Positions 37,186 to 50,639 are shown, numbered from the stretch's first letter. The stretch is 64,000 bases of DNA from the human T2T-CHM13v2.0 reference genome, Homo sapiens (GCF_009914755.1 NC_060937.1); one strand, 5' to 3'. Notes: generated by a model from the letters alone, not told the origin. Numbers and translations: made by a program.

Positions 37186-38333
37186 CAAGTGAGGCAGGTA
37201 TGCAAGGGCACTTCAGTGGATTGCTTCATGTACTAGCAAGGGGACAAGAAAGAGTCATTTCCAAACAGGAATTGTGCAGTCTTAGAACAGGATTCCTCAG
37301 GCCAAATCATTTGATCATTTTTCATAATCTTGCAGAATTATAATTCTTATATACAACAGGCATCCATAGTTTTTGACAAAACTTTCCATTAAGAAGGAAA
37401 ATCCCAAAGTGTTTTATCATTTTAGGAGAGTTACAGTAATTTTGATATCCAGACAAATGTTTTTCTATTATGTGATGTAACACTCTAATGCTTTGCAAAA
37501 TTTGCAATTATTATTTACTTTTAAGAATTCTATTGAAAATACTATTTGTCTTTTGCACACATTGGTCTTGGAGATTGTTCGTTTAAAAAAACCACAGCAA
37601 ACAAAACCAAGCCATGTGAGTCTGAGGGAAGCTAGCAAGTGCTGCCTTTTCTTCCTAGGAACCTGTCACTGGGACCATGCTCCATTTGCCATCAGTGCAT
37701 GGCTGGTTCTAAGCCATATGGGATTTCAAAGTCCTATATTTCTTCCAGCAGTGGATCCTCTTTCTTCTTTCCCTCCCCTGGAAGACTCCTAAGAGTTCCT
37801 TGTCAGTGCCTCCACAGTGCCTCCCTGAAACTGTTTCCCCAAAGGCAAGGCGTTTTGCTCAGCGCCTCCCAGAAACTCTTTCCCTCAAGGCATGGCATTT
37901 TGCACAGGAAATGCGTTCACCATTTCTTTATTCATTGATATTCTCTAGTCTGTTTCATACTCTCACATTCCTGAAAACTTGTGGTTTTGCAAAGATGTTA
38001 ATTCATTGGTTACCACATAGCAGTCATCTTTTTAATGATTTAGGATGGCTTGGCTTATTTTGGGCTTAATGGTGCTGCAGAAGTGAGTTTAGGGTGATTA
38101 ATATTTAAATATATTTATCTGACTTACAAATATGTATTTAAAAAAACTAAAAACTAAGAAAATGATTAAAAATCACTGATAATCTCACCAACTATGGATA
38201 AGCCAGTCAATTTTTCTCACTTTAGCACTTATGTGTGTATAATTAGTCAAACTTCATGGGACACCAATAGCAACTTTTGATCTATACAAACAGCAATTTC
38301 ATACAGTTCAATGTTATATTTGTGATCATTCCT

Positions 38334-38804
38334 TGTATTAGGAACAAATAGGAGATATATGTGTGTGTGTATATATACACGTGTGTATATATATGCATGT
38401 GTGTGTGTATATATATGCATGTGTGTGGGGGGTGGGGAGAGAGAAAGATTGAGAGAGAGAGATTAAGGAACTGACTCATGCAACTGTTGGGGGCTGTCAT
38501 GTCCCAAATCTGTAAAGCTGAAAATTCAAGGAAGAGTTGATGTTGCAACTTTGAGTCCAAAGTTTGCAGAATTTCTGTGTTTCACTCTTGAGGCAGAATT
38601 GCTTCTCCTTCAGGAAACCTCAGTCTTTGCTGCTAAGGCCTTCAGCTATTTGGATGAAGCACACCTACATTATGGAAGGCAACCTGATTAATTCAAAGTC
38701 TACTGACTTAAGTGTTGATCACCTCTAAGAAATAGATTATAGCAACAGTTGACCAAATAGGCATCATAGACTAGCCAAGTTGACACATAGAATGAACAAT
38801 CACA
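38334..38804 (-). mobile_element. MLT2 (C/D-like) solo LTR with internal microsatellite
   Basis: TGTATTAGG...CTAGCCAAGTTGACACATAGAATGAACAATCACA; TSD TTCCT at 38329-38333 and 38805-38809. Confidence 0.85.
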
Positions 38805-39199
38805 TTCCTGATAAATGGTTCTGCATCCTGGTTTTTACTACAATAATTATTCAGGTAAATAGGTCTCTATACATTTAATGAGTTTATTAAATTTATAAGA
38901 AGAGGAGTCACTGGTTCATTTATCCGACACATATACTAATTATGAAGATATCATGACATGTGCAATGATCTATCTCTGGGACATAGGTTCCAGCTCATGG
39001 GGGCTCCACTCTGCCTCTATTTTAGCCATTTTCTGCAAAGTCATTGGTGTGATAGCATCTAACTGTGAAACCAGATCATTCAAGAATGGGAAGCCAGAGG
39101 CTGTCTGTCTGAAAATAAGTTAATATAAACATCAATTTCTCTTCATGGTGGAGGATGCTTTTAGAGTCTTGGGCTTACTTTATGGATTTGGATAACTAT

Positions 39200-39330
39200 T
39201 TGTACTAGATACTGTGTTTTACATTCGTTATTATATTTGTTTCCAAAAACACTCTTATGAGATAGACACTATTAAACCTACTTATAGTTAGAGAAAATGT
39301 GGTATAGAGAAGTTAAGGAACTTGAAGAGC
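39200..39330 (-). mobile_element. MIR
   Basis: AACACTCTTATGAGATAGACACTATT...AGAGAAGTTAAGGAACTTG. Confidence 0.55.
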
Positions 39331-42069
39331 AATCTGACTGTTAGATATTATTTATTGGCCCCAAAATGTGATAGTGTTATTTATTGCCAGAAAGTGGGGA
39401 GATGGTGGTGAAACCAGGCATTGGCTCAACTTCTGGGAGCTGGGAAGTTCTGAGAACAACTATGGCCATTTTGTTGTAGGGATAGTAACTGACATGGAAG
39501 ACTGAGACTTGTGATGATCAAAGAACCCAGAGGTATGAGGAAATATAAATTCTGGTCATTTATAAAATATTTAGACATTATCTTATGATTCTCATTGGAA
39601 AGAGACATGAAAAGTATGTTTCTAATTGAAAGAACAAGTGAAAGTGAAAAAACCGTGTTGCCATCCCAGAGATTAATAATGGCAGATGCTAAGTTCATGA
39701 ATGTGTGAGTGACAGTGTGTGTATTTGTGTGCCTGTGCATGCACTGTTTGTGAAGCAGGACCATTGCAGCATAGAGACTAAATTAAAGGATTATAGAATA
39801 TTGGTGCATAAAAGGGCTTTTGAGACTACCTAATACAATTCCTTCACTGGAGGAAACTGATGCCTAGAGATACTGAGTGTTCAGAGTCTTTCAGTCAGTT
39901 CTACCCACTATGGCATCCATAAGAAATAGTAATTTTATGTTGAGAGAATGACTTCAGTGAACATATATCTTTGCACTTTCTGGACAGTGTCCTTTTTAAA
40001 TCTGTTGACTCCAAACTTATTGATGTGTTCTGGACACTCGTATTTCAGGACTCAAATTATATCTCTCATATCATATTTCACTCTCTTAAATGGCACAAAG
40101 ATTCCTGGTCAGACTGTTTGTTCCAACAGCTTTTGGTATGGAAAATATGTTCACCATAACCATGATTGAGTATGCTTGTTTCCAGGCCAATGGAGAAAGA
40201 CGAATCATAATTTTCTTTCTCAAGGTGTTTTTGTTATTTTCCTGGCACCTTTAATCTTGCTCCCCTTGGCATCCTCATGCCCTCTTCCTTGACTTTGCAC
40301 TTTCTGGTCACTGCCTGTTTTCTACTAGGGGGACTTTGCTTATCTCTGTTGAAATGATGGCCAGGAATTAGTAGGTACCGTAATGAGTTAGGCTGAGAAA
40401 TACAGGCATTAGACTTACTAAAGAGGGGTTAGACCTACAATGTGAGAAATAATTGACACATGTGGAGGGTATTACATTCATCTAGAAAGAGTGTCCCTGT
40501 TAGTACCCTACAGAGCTGTGAGTCTCTACCGGGGTAATGGATGCACGATTCAAATTTACTTTAGAAGTCAATACAATACTTTAGAAGTCAAGTCTTCTCT
40601 TTCAACAAAAAGAATTGAATACAAGAAGGCATCTTTCTTGGGAAAAAACCACAATAATAGTATCGGATTCTTCTTGGAATGTACAGAAATTTATTGCCAC
40701 TATACATTAGACTTTGTGCTGAGGACTGCTGGGAGACTTACGTGATGAATTCCACCTTACAGATAAAATGAGGCTCAAGGTAATTGTCAGGTACGTCAAG
40801 AGCTACATGATGGGCAGTGGGGATAACAGCCAGACTGTGGCACCACATCATTGGATTCTTTCTCTTATTTCCAACGAAAAATCTCCATCCTCACAGACAC
40901 ACAGCAGCAACAGGGGAGAGGCACGCTGTGGCACGTAGTGGTCAGAACGGCTTTCCCCAGGATGAATGGGGCCACTGAGAGGATCCATTACTCCTCTATT
41001 GAACTCTTTCTTCATTAGAGTTGAGCCAGTGGCAGATGGTGCTCCTTCAGTAACATGGTCTCGGAGTTGGGGAATATGTTTTCCACATGAGTGAGAGATT
41101 TGTAATCAAGGAAATCGTTTATCTTTCTTTATCCCTTAGAAGCTCTGTGCCATTTAGTTACAGGACTGGTAGTTAATCTTGGGCAGCTCTCATTCCTTCC
41201 TCACAGAACAGCTTAATCCAGGATGGTTTGCACAGCTTCCAGGTTGTGGCAGGCTCTTGAGATCATGCACAACATGCTTAAGCTATATGTGAATGAAGTT
41301 TCTTGGCTGATGTCCGACTAATGAGACCCAGCAGTATAAAGTTCCTAAACCACTAAAGCTAATCATCACATTTCTCTTGTTTCTACAAGACTGGCTGGCT
41401 AACGCTGCCAGCTGTAAATGAAGGAGACAAGGAAAATCACGTATCTTCTCACACTGAAGGAAAAAATAATGTCAATGGCAATAGAGAAAATGGGGAGAAA
41501 GCAAGGGACCGAGGACACCATTCTGTTGAGAAGTTGGGATGTTTGGAGGAGGATGTGAAATATTACCCCAGTCTCATTCCTCTATCAAAAGCATCTTGAA
41601 TGAAGTCAAGGCTCTATGTCAAACCTTAGGTGACTTAACTCACAGCTCTGACTTCTTCACCTAGCTTTTTATAAATGGTGCTGCCCAATGAAAGAGAGAT
41701 CCCGGCTATTGAACATGCAAGAATTTATACAAAATCTAGCTCTAACATTAGAAAAGCAATCAAGAACAAATGTTTTACCAAAAGCTGCCCTGGTAGAACA
41801 AACTTTTTTACAAAAGTCAGTCCACATTTTATTTTGGGATTAGATGAAACTATGTTGTAGAGAAACAACATTGCCCTTGATAGTTGATAGTACCAGTTTT
41901 CATTCACAAATACGCCCATTGGCATTGTGACACTGAATAAGCTGCTTGAATTCTCAGAGCCTTCATATTTTTATTTGAAATATTGGGACAATTAAAAGTG
42001 GTAAATGTATGAAAATCCCTTAGTGCATTTTTTTTTGTGTGCTTAGCAGCTTTTTAAAAATACCTAGCT

Positions 42070-42316
42070 GATAGAAATACCAAAGTTAGGAAGAATAGGT
42101 TGTAATATTCTATAGTACAGTAGAAAAATTACAGTTAACAATAATTGTATATTTGAAAATAGCTAGAAGAAAAGAATTGTAATGTTCCCAACACAAAGAA
42201 AAGATAAAATGATGGCTATCCCAGTTATCTTGATATAATTGTCACACATTGTATACAGGTACCAAAATATCACATATACCTCCCAAATATTTATAACTAT
42301 TCTATGTCAATAACAT
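42070..42316 (+). mobile_element. Short 5'-truncated L1MA 3' end inserted in a MIR
   Basis: TATATTTGAAAATAGCTAGAAG...TTCCCAACACAAAGAAAAGATAAA; TSD AAATACCTAGCT at 42058-42069 and 42317-42328. Confidence 0.85.
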
Positions 42317-43288
42317 AAATACCTAGCTTACAGAGTTCTTAGGAGAATTGAATGACCTGCTCTATAGTAAAGTGCTTTATAAATGTAAATGCTTACACAT
42401 ATATAAACTATTAATATTGTCTCCTCTATGTACGTGTGTACCCATGTGCAGGTATGTGCATATACATAGGTATGAGGACACTATGACTGTATGTTTGTCT
42501 ACTTAGCTTCTAGCTTCACGTATGAGAGTTCTTAATGCAATGTGAAAAAGCAAGCAATGCCATATCTAATATTTTTAAATAATCAATTCCATTTAAACCA
42601 CAGACTCACAGGAGAATTACATCAGCCTCCTGGAGGCTGCAATGTGGCTCTGGGTGAGATTGGATCTGTCACTCTCAACCTCCAAGCGGAGTGAATGTGC
42701 ATTTGTGTTTTAATGGGTTTCCATGGTGGCTTGACCTTTCCGGTACACAGGTGAGGTGAGTCGAGTTCCTGGATCTGAAACCTTCTGAGGCACGCATGGC
42801 CTGGAGGGTAGAGGTATTTTCTAATCAATAACACTTCAAGTCAGCAAAAAACTACATAAACTCAATTTTGCAAAATCTTATAACACTTTGTGACAAAGTC
42901 ATTTATGAATGTTCTTTAGCATTTAAAAGGCTCTTTGTATACTCTGTCAGAATTCCAAGCAATGAATTTTGCTTGCTTTCTGAGGGGGAGGAAAGTCTTC
43001 CATTTAATTTTTAAAGGAGTACATGAATAAATATCATTCGGCTTTAGTTGGCGACATCTGTTGTTTATTTCAGAGTCGGAATCATGAAATGTTAGATCTA
43101 CCAGGGGCCTTAGGGACTTTTGAGTCCAGTGGTTTTTGAACTGGGCTTGGAAGAGCCCTGGAAATCTATGGAGGTGCCTCTGGGGTTCCCACAGGCAGGG
43201 ACAGATGGGTTTGCTGATTGGCAGAGTTTCAAGAACACCAGCCCATTCAACCAAAGCAGCATTATTTATTTTATTACATCTTTAAAAA

Positions 43289-43445
43289 TTTTTTAAGAGA
43301 CAATGTCTTGCTGTGTCACCCAGGATGGAGTACAATGTCACAATCATAGCTTACTCCAGCCTCAAATTCCTGGGCTGAAGCAGTCCTTCTGCCTCTGGTT
43401 CCTGAGTGCCTGGGCGTACAGGTGTGCACCACTGCACCAGGCCCA
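43289..43445 (-). mobile_element. Alu monomer (FRAM or AluJ arm)
   Basis: Single diverged arm GTCTTGCTGTGTCACCCAGG...TCCTGGGCTGAAGC. Confidence 0.8.
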
Positions 43446-43759
43446 GCATAATTTAAAAATGATTCATATGTTAAAATGTATATAATTTTATTTTAAAATG
43501 TTTCTTTCACTTAGAAAGTTAGCAAACCACCAATCTACTCCAAAGCCTTTGTTTTACAATTGAGGATTCAAGGATTCAAGAGAGGTAGTTTTCAAGGTCA
43601 TGAGAATAGTGGATGGGTAGAATCCAGATCCAGTAATTCTTATTTCAATACCACCTCGACTAAGTAAAAGTGTTGGGGAAGGAGGGTTAAATGATGCTTG
43701 TTGTTCCTTTAATGGCAGGGAAAGACCTGATGAATGGGTGCTTGGCATTCTGCATTGAT

Positions 43760-44410
43760 TCATTCATTATTTGTTTATTAATTCATCTAGTAAGCTCTCA
43801 AGGTGCCGTGGAAGAACAGAGAATAAGACGACTCCAACTCTAACTTTGGGGAAACTCTAGTGTCCAAGGCAAACATTGAAGCCATTAGTCATTATAGACA
43901 AGACATGAAAATGCACAGGATAAGGAGACGGAGTTTCGGGTTCAACACTAAGTTTAAGTGTGTTTTCATCTTAGAGGCATTATGCTACAATGAAGCAACA
44001 TTGTTCACCATCAGCATCTTGCCAAGCCTGAGGGGAGAATGGATCTTGACTTGCCAAGGAACTGGAATGGAGCCAGGGGGCTAAAGTGCAGTGAGGTCAA
44101 GTGAGGGCAGCAGCAGGTGAGGTGAGGGATGGAGGTGAGGCCAGATCACCTGGTGGTTTAAAAGCCGCAGTGAGGTGTTTAGACCTAATTTTAAAAACAA
44201 TGAAAAGCACTTGATTTAGTTTAGCCATCCATATGTGGCTTGTATTAGCTCAATTAGACTCCTGCCTTTTCGCAAGGACAGCAGTCTCTCTGTATCCCAT
44301 ACACAAGAGAATGATGTGTTTTCTCTTTTTAAATGAGATCTGTTTAGCTAGTTGTATGGAGAATGAACTCTGCTGGTCAATTGTGGAAACAGAGACTTAG
44401 TTAAGTAGAC
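43760..44410 (-). mobile_element. L2 hosting the ERV complex; continues at 46867-47500
   Basis: TTCATTCATT start; GGCCAGATCAC, GTATGGAGAATGAACT; resumes with TTTGAGATGCCTATTGGATATCC at 46875. Confidence 0.6.
44215..44296 (-). mobile_element. Isolated 82-bp LTR1 fragment
   Basis: Collinear with 46192-46273 (TTTAGTTTAG...TTAGCTCAATTAGAC...GCAAGGACAG...CTGTATC). Confidence 0.8.
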
Positions 44411-44509
44411 CTTCCTGAGCTTACCCCTTGCAGCCTTCCCTGAGATGGCAAACAGGAGGGCTGCACCAATCCTATACCGTCAGCAAAGGTCTGGATCGCT
44501 TTGCAAGGA

Positions 44510-44764
44510 TTAGAAAGCCTGCACATGTGGGGCCTCAGACCATCTGTCCCCATGTCTACAGAAAAGTTCCAACTGCTGAATGGTTTTGAAATGCATGGTT
44601 ATTTCCTGGGCCCAATCCAGTCCTTCATAATTTGGCCAAACCTTTATGCAGAGGGCTATGAGGCATTTTTCCTCCAGATTCTGAGGGTCAAAGCAGTCCC
44701 AATGGTTCAAGATACACTGCAGAGTAGTATAAGCTGGGGGCAGTAAGGAGAACTGGTTGTCCAT
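44510..44764 (-). pseudogene. Gammaretrovirus-like gag matrix remnant
   Basis: MDNQFS...TLQCILNHWDCFDPQNLEEKCLIALCIKVWPNY...TIQQLELFCRHGDRWSEAPHVQAF matches the HERV-W/ERV9-type Gag N-terminus pattern (LxCILxHWDxFDP...QLDLFC..GKWSE.PYVQAF); premature stop. Confidence 0.85.
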
Positions 44765-45962
44765 TTTGAAAGACAGGGAATAGAGGCATCCCTCATTCAG
44801 GGTGTGATGGGGAAAGCAAGCAAGTGTCCTTCCTTCACTTTCCACCTGTTGTCCCTGAGCCTTGGTGACCTTGGCAGGTACTGGCCATAGGTAACAATAC
44901 CCACGAAGCAGGGAAAACCTGGAGAATAGGAATTAACCACCCTCAGCTGTGCCTCCCTTTCTCCCTGCTGCCAGCAACCTTTGAGTTCCCTGGGCCTGTT
45001 TATACCGTGAAGCATGGCCTCCTTCCGTGGGGTGGGGTTCAGTCAGCAGGAATTGGTCCTGCGCATTTACATTTTGCCTGTTGCTTGGCTTTGAGCCCCT
45101 CAGACCTGGTCTGTCTTTCTAGGGCCTCAGCCTAAAGCTTGGAATTGAGTTTGGAACTGAAAAGGTATTTTAGAGGCTGTTTGTATCTGTTGAGAGTGTC
45201 TCAAATGTGCCCTGCCGAATTTGCGGTTATCAGCCAGAAGGGGTTTTTCCTCCGTTAACTTCCCTGTCAGAAACAGCTGGTGGGGGGTGGGGGAGGCCTC
45301 TCACTTAGAAAAAGAAAAAAGAAAAACAGTTTAAGGGGCAAAAAGGGGGAGGTTCTGGGGGAAGAACCCCTTGTTAGTGCAACTGGGCATTTCCAATCCT
45401 TATATCTTTCCCCTGGATCAGACTGAATTGAATTCCTTGGCCAGGGGAGGAAAGGGTTCCATTGGTACAGCGGATAAAAAGCACCCATCCATTGGCTCTG
45501 TTGGGTCACAGCTACTACTGAGGCTTTCTCCCATGCCCCCCCTCGTGGCTGTTGGACTCCACTTTGCCTGCTGCAGGCACACCCAGTAGCCAAGCTGAAA
45601 GGGGAAAGTGTAACAGGAGGTACCCTGAGCCATGCATGCCTGCAGCTGTCGACATGGAGGCATACATGACGCCTCTAGGAACAACTGGTCTGATTTGGAC
45701 CTTTGGTGGCTGAGCCTAATGCTCATTTTACTTAGTAACATTGTCACAGCCTGTAGAAAAACTCTTAACATTATAAAGGAATAGATAAGAGTCACTGCAA
45801 ATCATGTGAAAGAGAGAAAAGAAAGTCTGGAGGTTTTTGACCAGCCCAGTTAGGGCAGACTTTTAAAAGTCCATGAAGGGAAACAGAGCCTCTTACAGGA
45901 AAAGGGGAGAGGTGGCAGGGTTTTGGAAGAGAGTCAGGCCTAACAGTTTCACATTCACTCAC

Positions 45963-45972
45963 ACTCACCTTC
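45963..45972 (-). promoter_or_regulatory. Proviral major splice donor GAAG/GTGAGT
   Basis: Plus strand ACTCACCTTC just downstream of the PBS on the minus strand; consensus donor. Confidence 0.6.
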
Positions 45973-45976
45973 CGCA

Positions 45977-45994
45977 GTCCCAGACGAGCCCCCA
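45977..45994 (-). other. Primer-binding site, tRNA-Pro
   Basis: Minus strand TGGGGGCTCGTCTGGGAC, 16/18 match to TGGGGGCTCGTCCGGGAT, 2 nt from the LTR end. Confidence 0.88.
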
Positions 45995-45996
45995 GT

Positions 45997-46789
45997 TGAA
46001 ACAGGAAAAGTTCCCTCGTCTCCTTCACAGGGCATGCAATGAGGGTATGGCTCACTTCTACAGTGCCCTACTGCTCAAACCTCTAGGGAAGCATATAGAT
46101 GCATAGGCTGTGGGGCTTCAACACCATGGCAGTGTCTAGGGCTGAATGTTTACAGCTGAAGCCCCAGTGGGCTTGTGTTACAGGGTGCTCTTTTAGTTTA
46201 GTCATCTACAGGTAGTTTGTGTTAGCTCAATTAGACCCCTGCCTTATGGCAAGGACAGAGGGCTTTCTGTATCACTGTTCTTGCCTTGGTGTACCAGAAG
46301 AATTGGATCACATCTAGGCTTGGAGAATGAGTACACAGTTTTATGGAGTAGAAGTAGATCTCAGTAGATGAAGGAGCAAGAAGGGACATGGTTTTCCCCT
46401 GGAGTCCGGCTGCTCAGTGTCCTAGGCTCTCCTCCAACTCCCCAGGCCAAACTCCACATCATTCTGATGGTCAGTGGCCTGCTGGCTCTGTTGGTGTGCT
46501 CTTCTGCCACTATGCTCCTCTTGATGTCCTGGCGCTTGTGTCATCTTCTGCCAATCCACTTCTCTTGACGTCCACCCACTTGTGTGTCTGCCTGCTAGGG
46601 TCTTGGGGTTTTTATAAGCACAGGATTGGGGAGTGGTGGGCCAGGGTGGTCTTGGGAAATGTAATATTTGGGCGTGAAGGCAGGAGTGCCTGTCCTCATC
46701 TAGGCCTGTGGGCACAGGCCTGTGGGTGGAGCCTTTGCCAGAGACCTACCCTTCTCCTCTCAGCACTTCCCTGCCCTTCTCCCATATCA
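45997..46789 (-). mobile_element. LTR1-family 5' LTR (793 bp)
   Basis: Minus strand TGATATGGGAGAAGGGCAGGGAAGTGCTG...GGAACTTTTCCTGTTTCA; TATAAAA at 46610-46616. Confidence 0.85.
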
Positions 46790-46866
46790 GCTTGGAGGTT
46801 AGAAGCAAGATGGAGTTGATTAGGTCAGATCTCTTTCACTGTCATAATTTTGCAAAGGTGGTTTCA
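46790..46866 (-). mobile_element. LTR8-like 5' stub (77 bp)
   Basis: Minus strand TGAAACCACCTTTGCAAAATTATGACAGTGAAAGAGATCTGACCTAATCAACTCCATCTTGCTTCTAACCTCCAAGC. Confidence 0.75.
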
Positions 46867-47091
46867 TGATCACTTTGAGATGCCTATTGGATATCCGTTT
46901 GGAAGAACATTGTAGGCACTTGGAGATCAGAGTTGGGATTTAAGGATTGGAGGTATACTTTGGCACTATATTGCAGGTAAAGCTGTTGTTCTAAATGGAA
47001 ATCATTCAGGACAAGAGAGTAATAAAGAGGGACTAGGGCTAATCCCTGAACTACTAAACATTTAGAGGTCAATTAAAATATGTGAATAGAT

Positions 47092-47449
<358 letters not shown>

Positions 47450-48109
47450 TCAATGTCTGTCAATGTATCAACCCCGAAGTGCCTGGCATCTAGTAGATAC
47501 TGCATTGTTGCTATGGTAAGTTATAGTAATCCAAATAAGTGATAAGAAAGGACGGCCATTTTTGAAGAGACATTTGAGTTCATAGTTTGCTAACATACAG
47601 CATATAGATCTCTTCAACTGTTAGAAAATTTGATTTCCCCATTAGTAGAACTTTAAATATTCAGAGATTTTGTTATGTATACTTTTTTTTAGCCATGAAA
47701 AATTTAACTTTAGTATGCATGAGTCTTGAAATGGGAATGACCTATAGGAATAACCGAAAAACAAGGCAACTGGGTGTTGTGTATTTCAGAAGAAGGTAAA
47801 GCAGCAGGTGGAGTTAAAGGGGAGGATATTACAGTGTAACTTTGAATAACAATAAGGACACAGCATCATGAGACAAAGTAAATCTGGGCCTTGAGGCTCT
47901 TGGCCGAAGAGGAAAACTGAAAGATGTGAAGAGGGACTGACATGATTTGGGCTGAGCACTCTGCTGTGTGCAGATGTTCAATGGCATGAGATTGTAAGTG
48001 TCAGTTCTGGGTAGTTTAAATAAAGACACTTCCACTCCAGATTTTCCTGACTCAGGCATTTAAGTGACTTTGCACCTGGGGCTACAATAGGATATAACAA
48101 GAAGTTGAC

Positions 48110-48408
<299 letters not shown>

Positions 48409-50639
48409 AGACAAAACAATTTTAGACATCAAATTATTTCAGGAAGGTATTGAAAATTTGGATAGAGTACTGAAAAACATTTTTTATTACACTGAACATT
48501 ATCTGGATTGAAAACAAACAGAAAATATATTTTTTGAGCTACTGGAGATAAAGATACTGAAAGTTTTATTTATTTATTTTAGTTCCTTTTGTTTATTTTA
48601 TGCTTGTTTTTTTGTTTTATTTTTGTTATATGTCGTCCTTGAGTTAGGTACTGAAAATTTTCTAGCAAGCAAGGGGATGATGCCTAGGAAGGAATTTTGT
48701 TGTATTTGTTACTAATAGTTTTTTAAAACATTCCATTAAATATTTGTGATAAATGCTACACTTTGCATAGAGTGTAACAAATCTATGGTCTATAATAGTG
48801 CTCAAAAAATCTAATGAGCTCTCTGTTCTCATGGATGTGACCTTCCAAGAGGGAAGACATGGACTTAACACAAATGTTATATAAAAATATCAATATGTGA
48901 TAATGCTATGAAGGACCATAATAGAGAATGAAAAAGAAAAAACAGGGTGAACAATTTAGACTGGAAGGACCAGAGAAGAAGTGACATTTGGGATAAGGAT
49001 TAATAAAATCAGGCTTGTGAGCACACTCTGTCCATGTATCCTGTGAGCGCCCATGGTGAGTGTGTGAGGAAAAGAGTAGAAGGGCATAAAATGTCTCCTT
49101 CAACCTCTGGTCTATCATGTCATCAACCTACAATTTTGTCTGCTGGTCTCCACTGCAGTCTTTCTGTTGGAAGTAAATACAGGTCCTGGCTCATCTACCG
49201 ATGTTCAATGCATAGGAGTTGAGAAAGTAAATAAATCAATGAATCATTAAATGAATGGATATTATTCACAAAACTACTGTTTGTGAATGCATTACGTTGT
49301 GTGGAAGTAGAGGGAGTACCTGAGGCTCTTCCAAGCACACGTTATCACCCAGTAAGGCATCATCAACACAATTTCTCTTTATCAGATTATCTGATTATCT
49401 AATTTTCTGATAATCTAATCTGATAACCTAGTTTATCAGATTATCTAATTTTCACTTGCAGAAAGTAGAGAAAAGAGAACTGCTGGGTTTTCTTTATGGC
49501 CACCAGCAGACCATTATTATGACCAGCTAACAAATATATTACCTGGTTGAGAAAATTAGCAACATCCCCCCAGTCTGTGAGTGTCTCCTGGTTAGGTACA
49601 TAGTGCTTTTAGAATTCTTACATGCTGATTTTTGCATATATATATAAGATTAACATATTTTTTTCTAAATAACGAAGAAAAGTGATGTAGATTCAGATGT
49701 AACTTGGGAATAATATGATTTCTTTATTTAACATACCAGCCATTTTCAGTATTTTAAATAGAGGCAATTTTTCAATGAAAACATAATTTTTCAATGCGTT
49801 TATTCAGTGTAGGTTGAGACAGGTATTCCTCTGAGGTAGACAAACTTAAGAACGGTTCTGGCCTCAATTTTTCCCCCCTAGCAAAAATTACTTTCCTCTG
49901 AGTTTTCAGACATTGCTAAAATGTTTTATTTACTTTTCTTACAATGACTTCAGTGAGTGACTCATACATCAAATTTAATTATCAAGCCTCAGAAAATGGA
50001 TAAGAACTGAAAAACACATACAACGGGAATGATTTGACCTCACCAATTATGAGGAGGAAGCTTAGTGCAGGTGTCTTCCTGCATTTAATGACAATACCCC
50101 TGAGAACATGAGTGCATTGCAAGTTACAATGTGTTTCTACTCAAAAGACAGTTCTTGCAAAGTGAAAACACCCCAAGTGCAGCTCAGTACTTATTCTAAA
50201 ATATACTTGGGTGTTTATAATCACCGATGTGTCGAGATAGTGTATGCTGTGTTTGATGCTGGTGTAGGCAGTTTAATTGGCCTTCCTAGAATTGAGATAG
50301 CAGGGGAGGAGAAAAGCAAATATGGGACTCTGAAGCAGTGCTCACTGAGATGGAATGCTGAGTATTCTGTTTCTAGGATCAAAGCAGCTCTGGATTGGAA
50401 ATTAAAACACCCACACACATGTACACACAATCACACATCAATACAAAATAAACATCTAATGAAAAAAGGCACAATAATTGAAACCGGATGAACTCCTTTC
50501 ATAGAGTACAAAAATCTGCAATTAGAAAGACTGATCTTTCCCTCCAGCAAGCTACTTTTGCAGTACTAATAAGAGGGGAAAAACTCCAAGGCCCCCAGTG
50601 AACTGGGACACTTTACCCGAATGGCCGTAAATATTCATT

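Larger units (their letters stand above)
44411..45996 (-). mobile_element. HUERS-P2-like internal region (leader plus start of gag), 3'-truncated
   Basis: Follows the LTR1 and a tRNA-Pro PBS; contains a gag matrix remnant. Confidence 0.8.

Noticed and set aside
50108-50491. 127-aa ATG ORF in unique DNA with an imperfect hairpin at 50166-50216
   Set aside because: No homology recognised and no promoter or splice support; the stem is too short for a pre-miRNA
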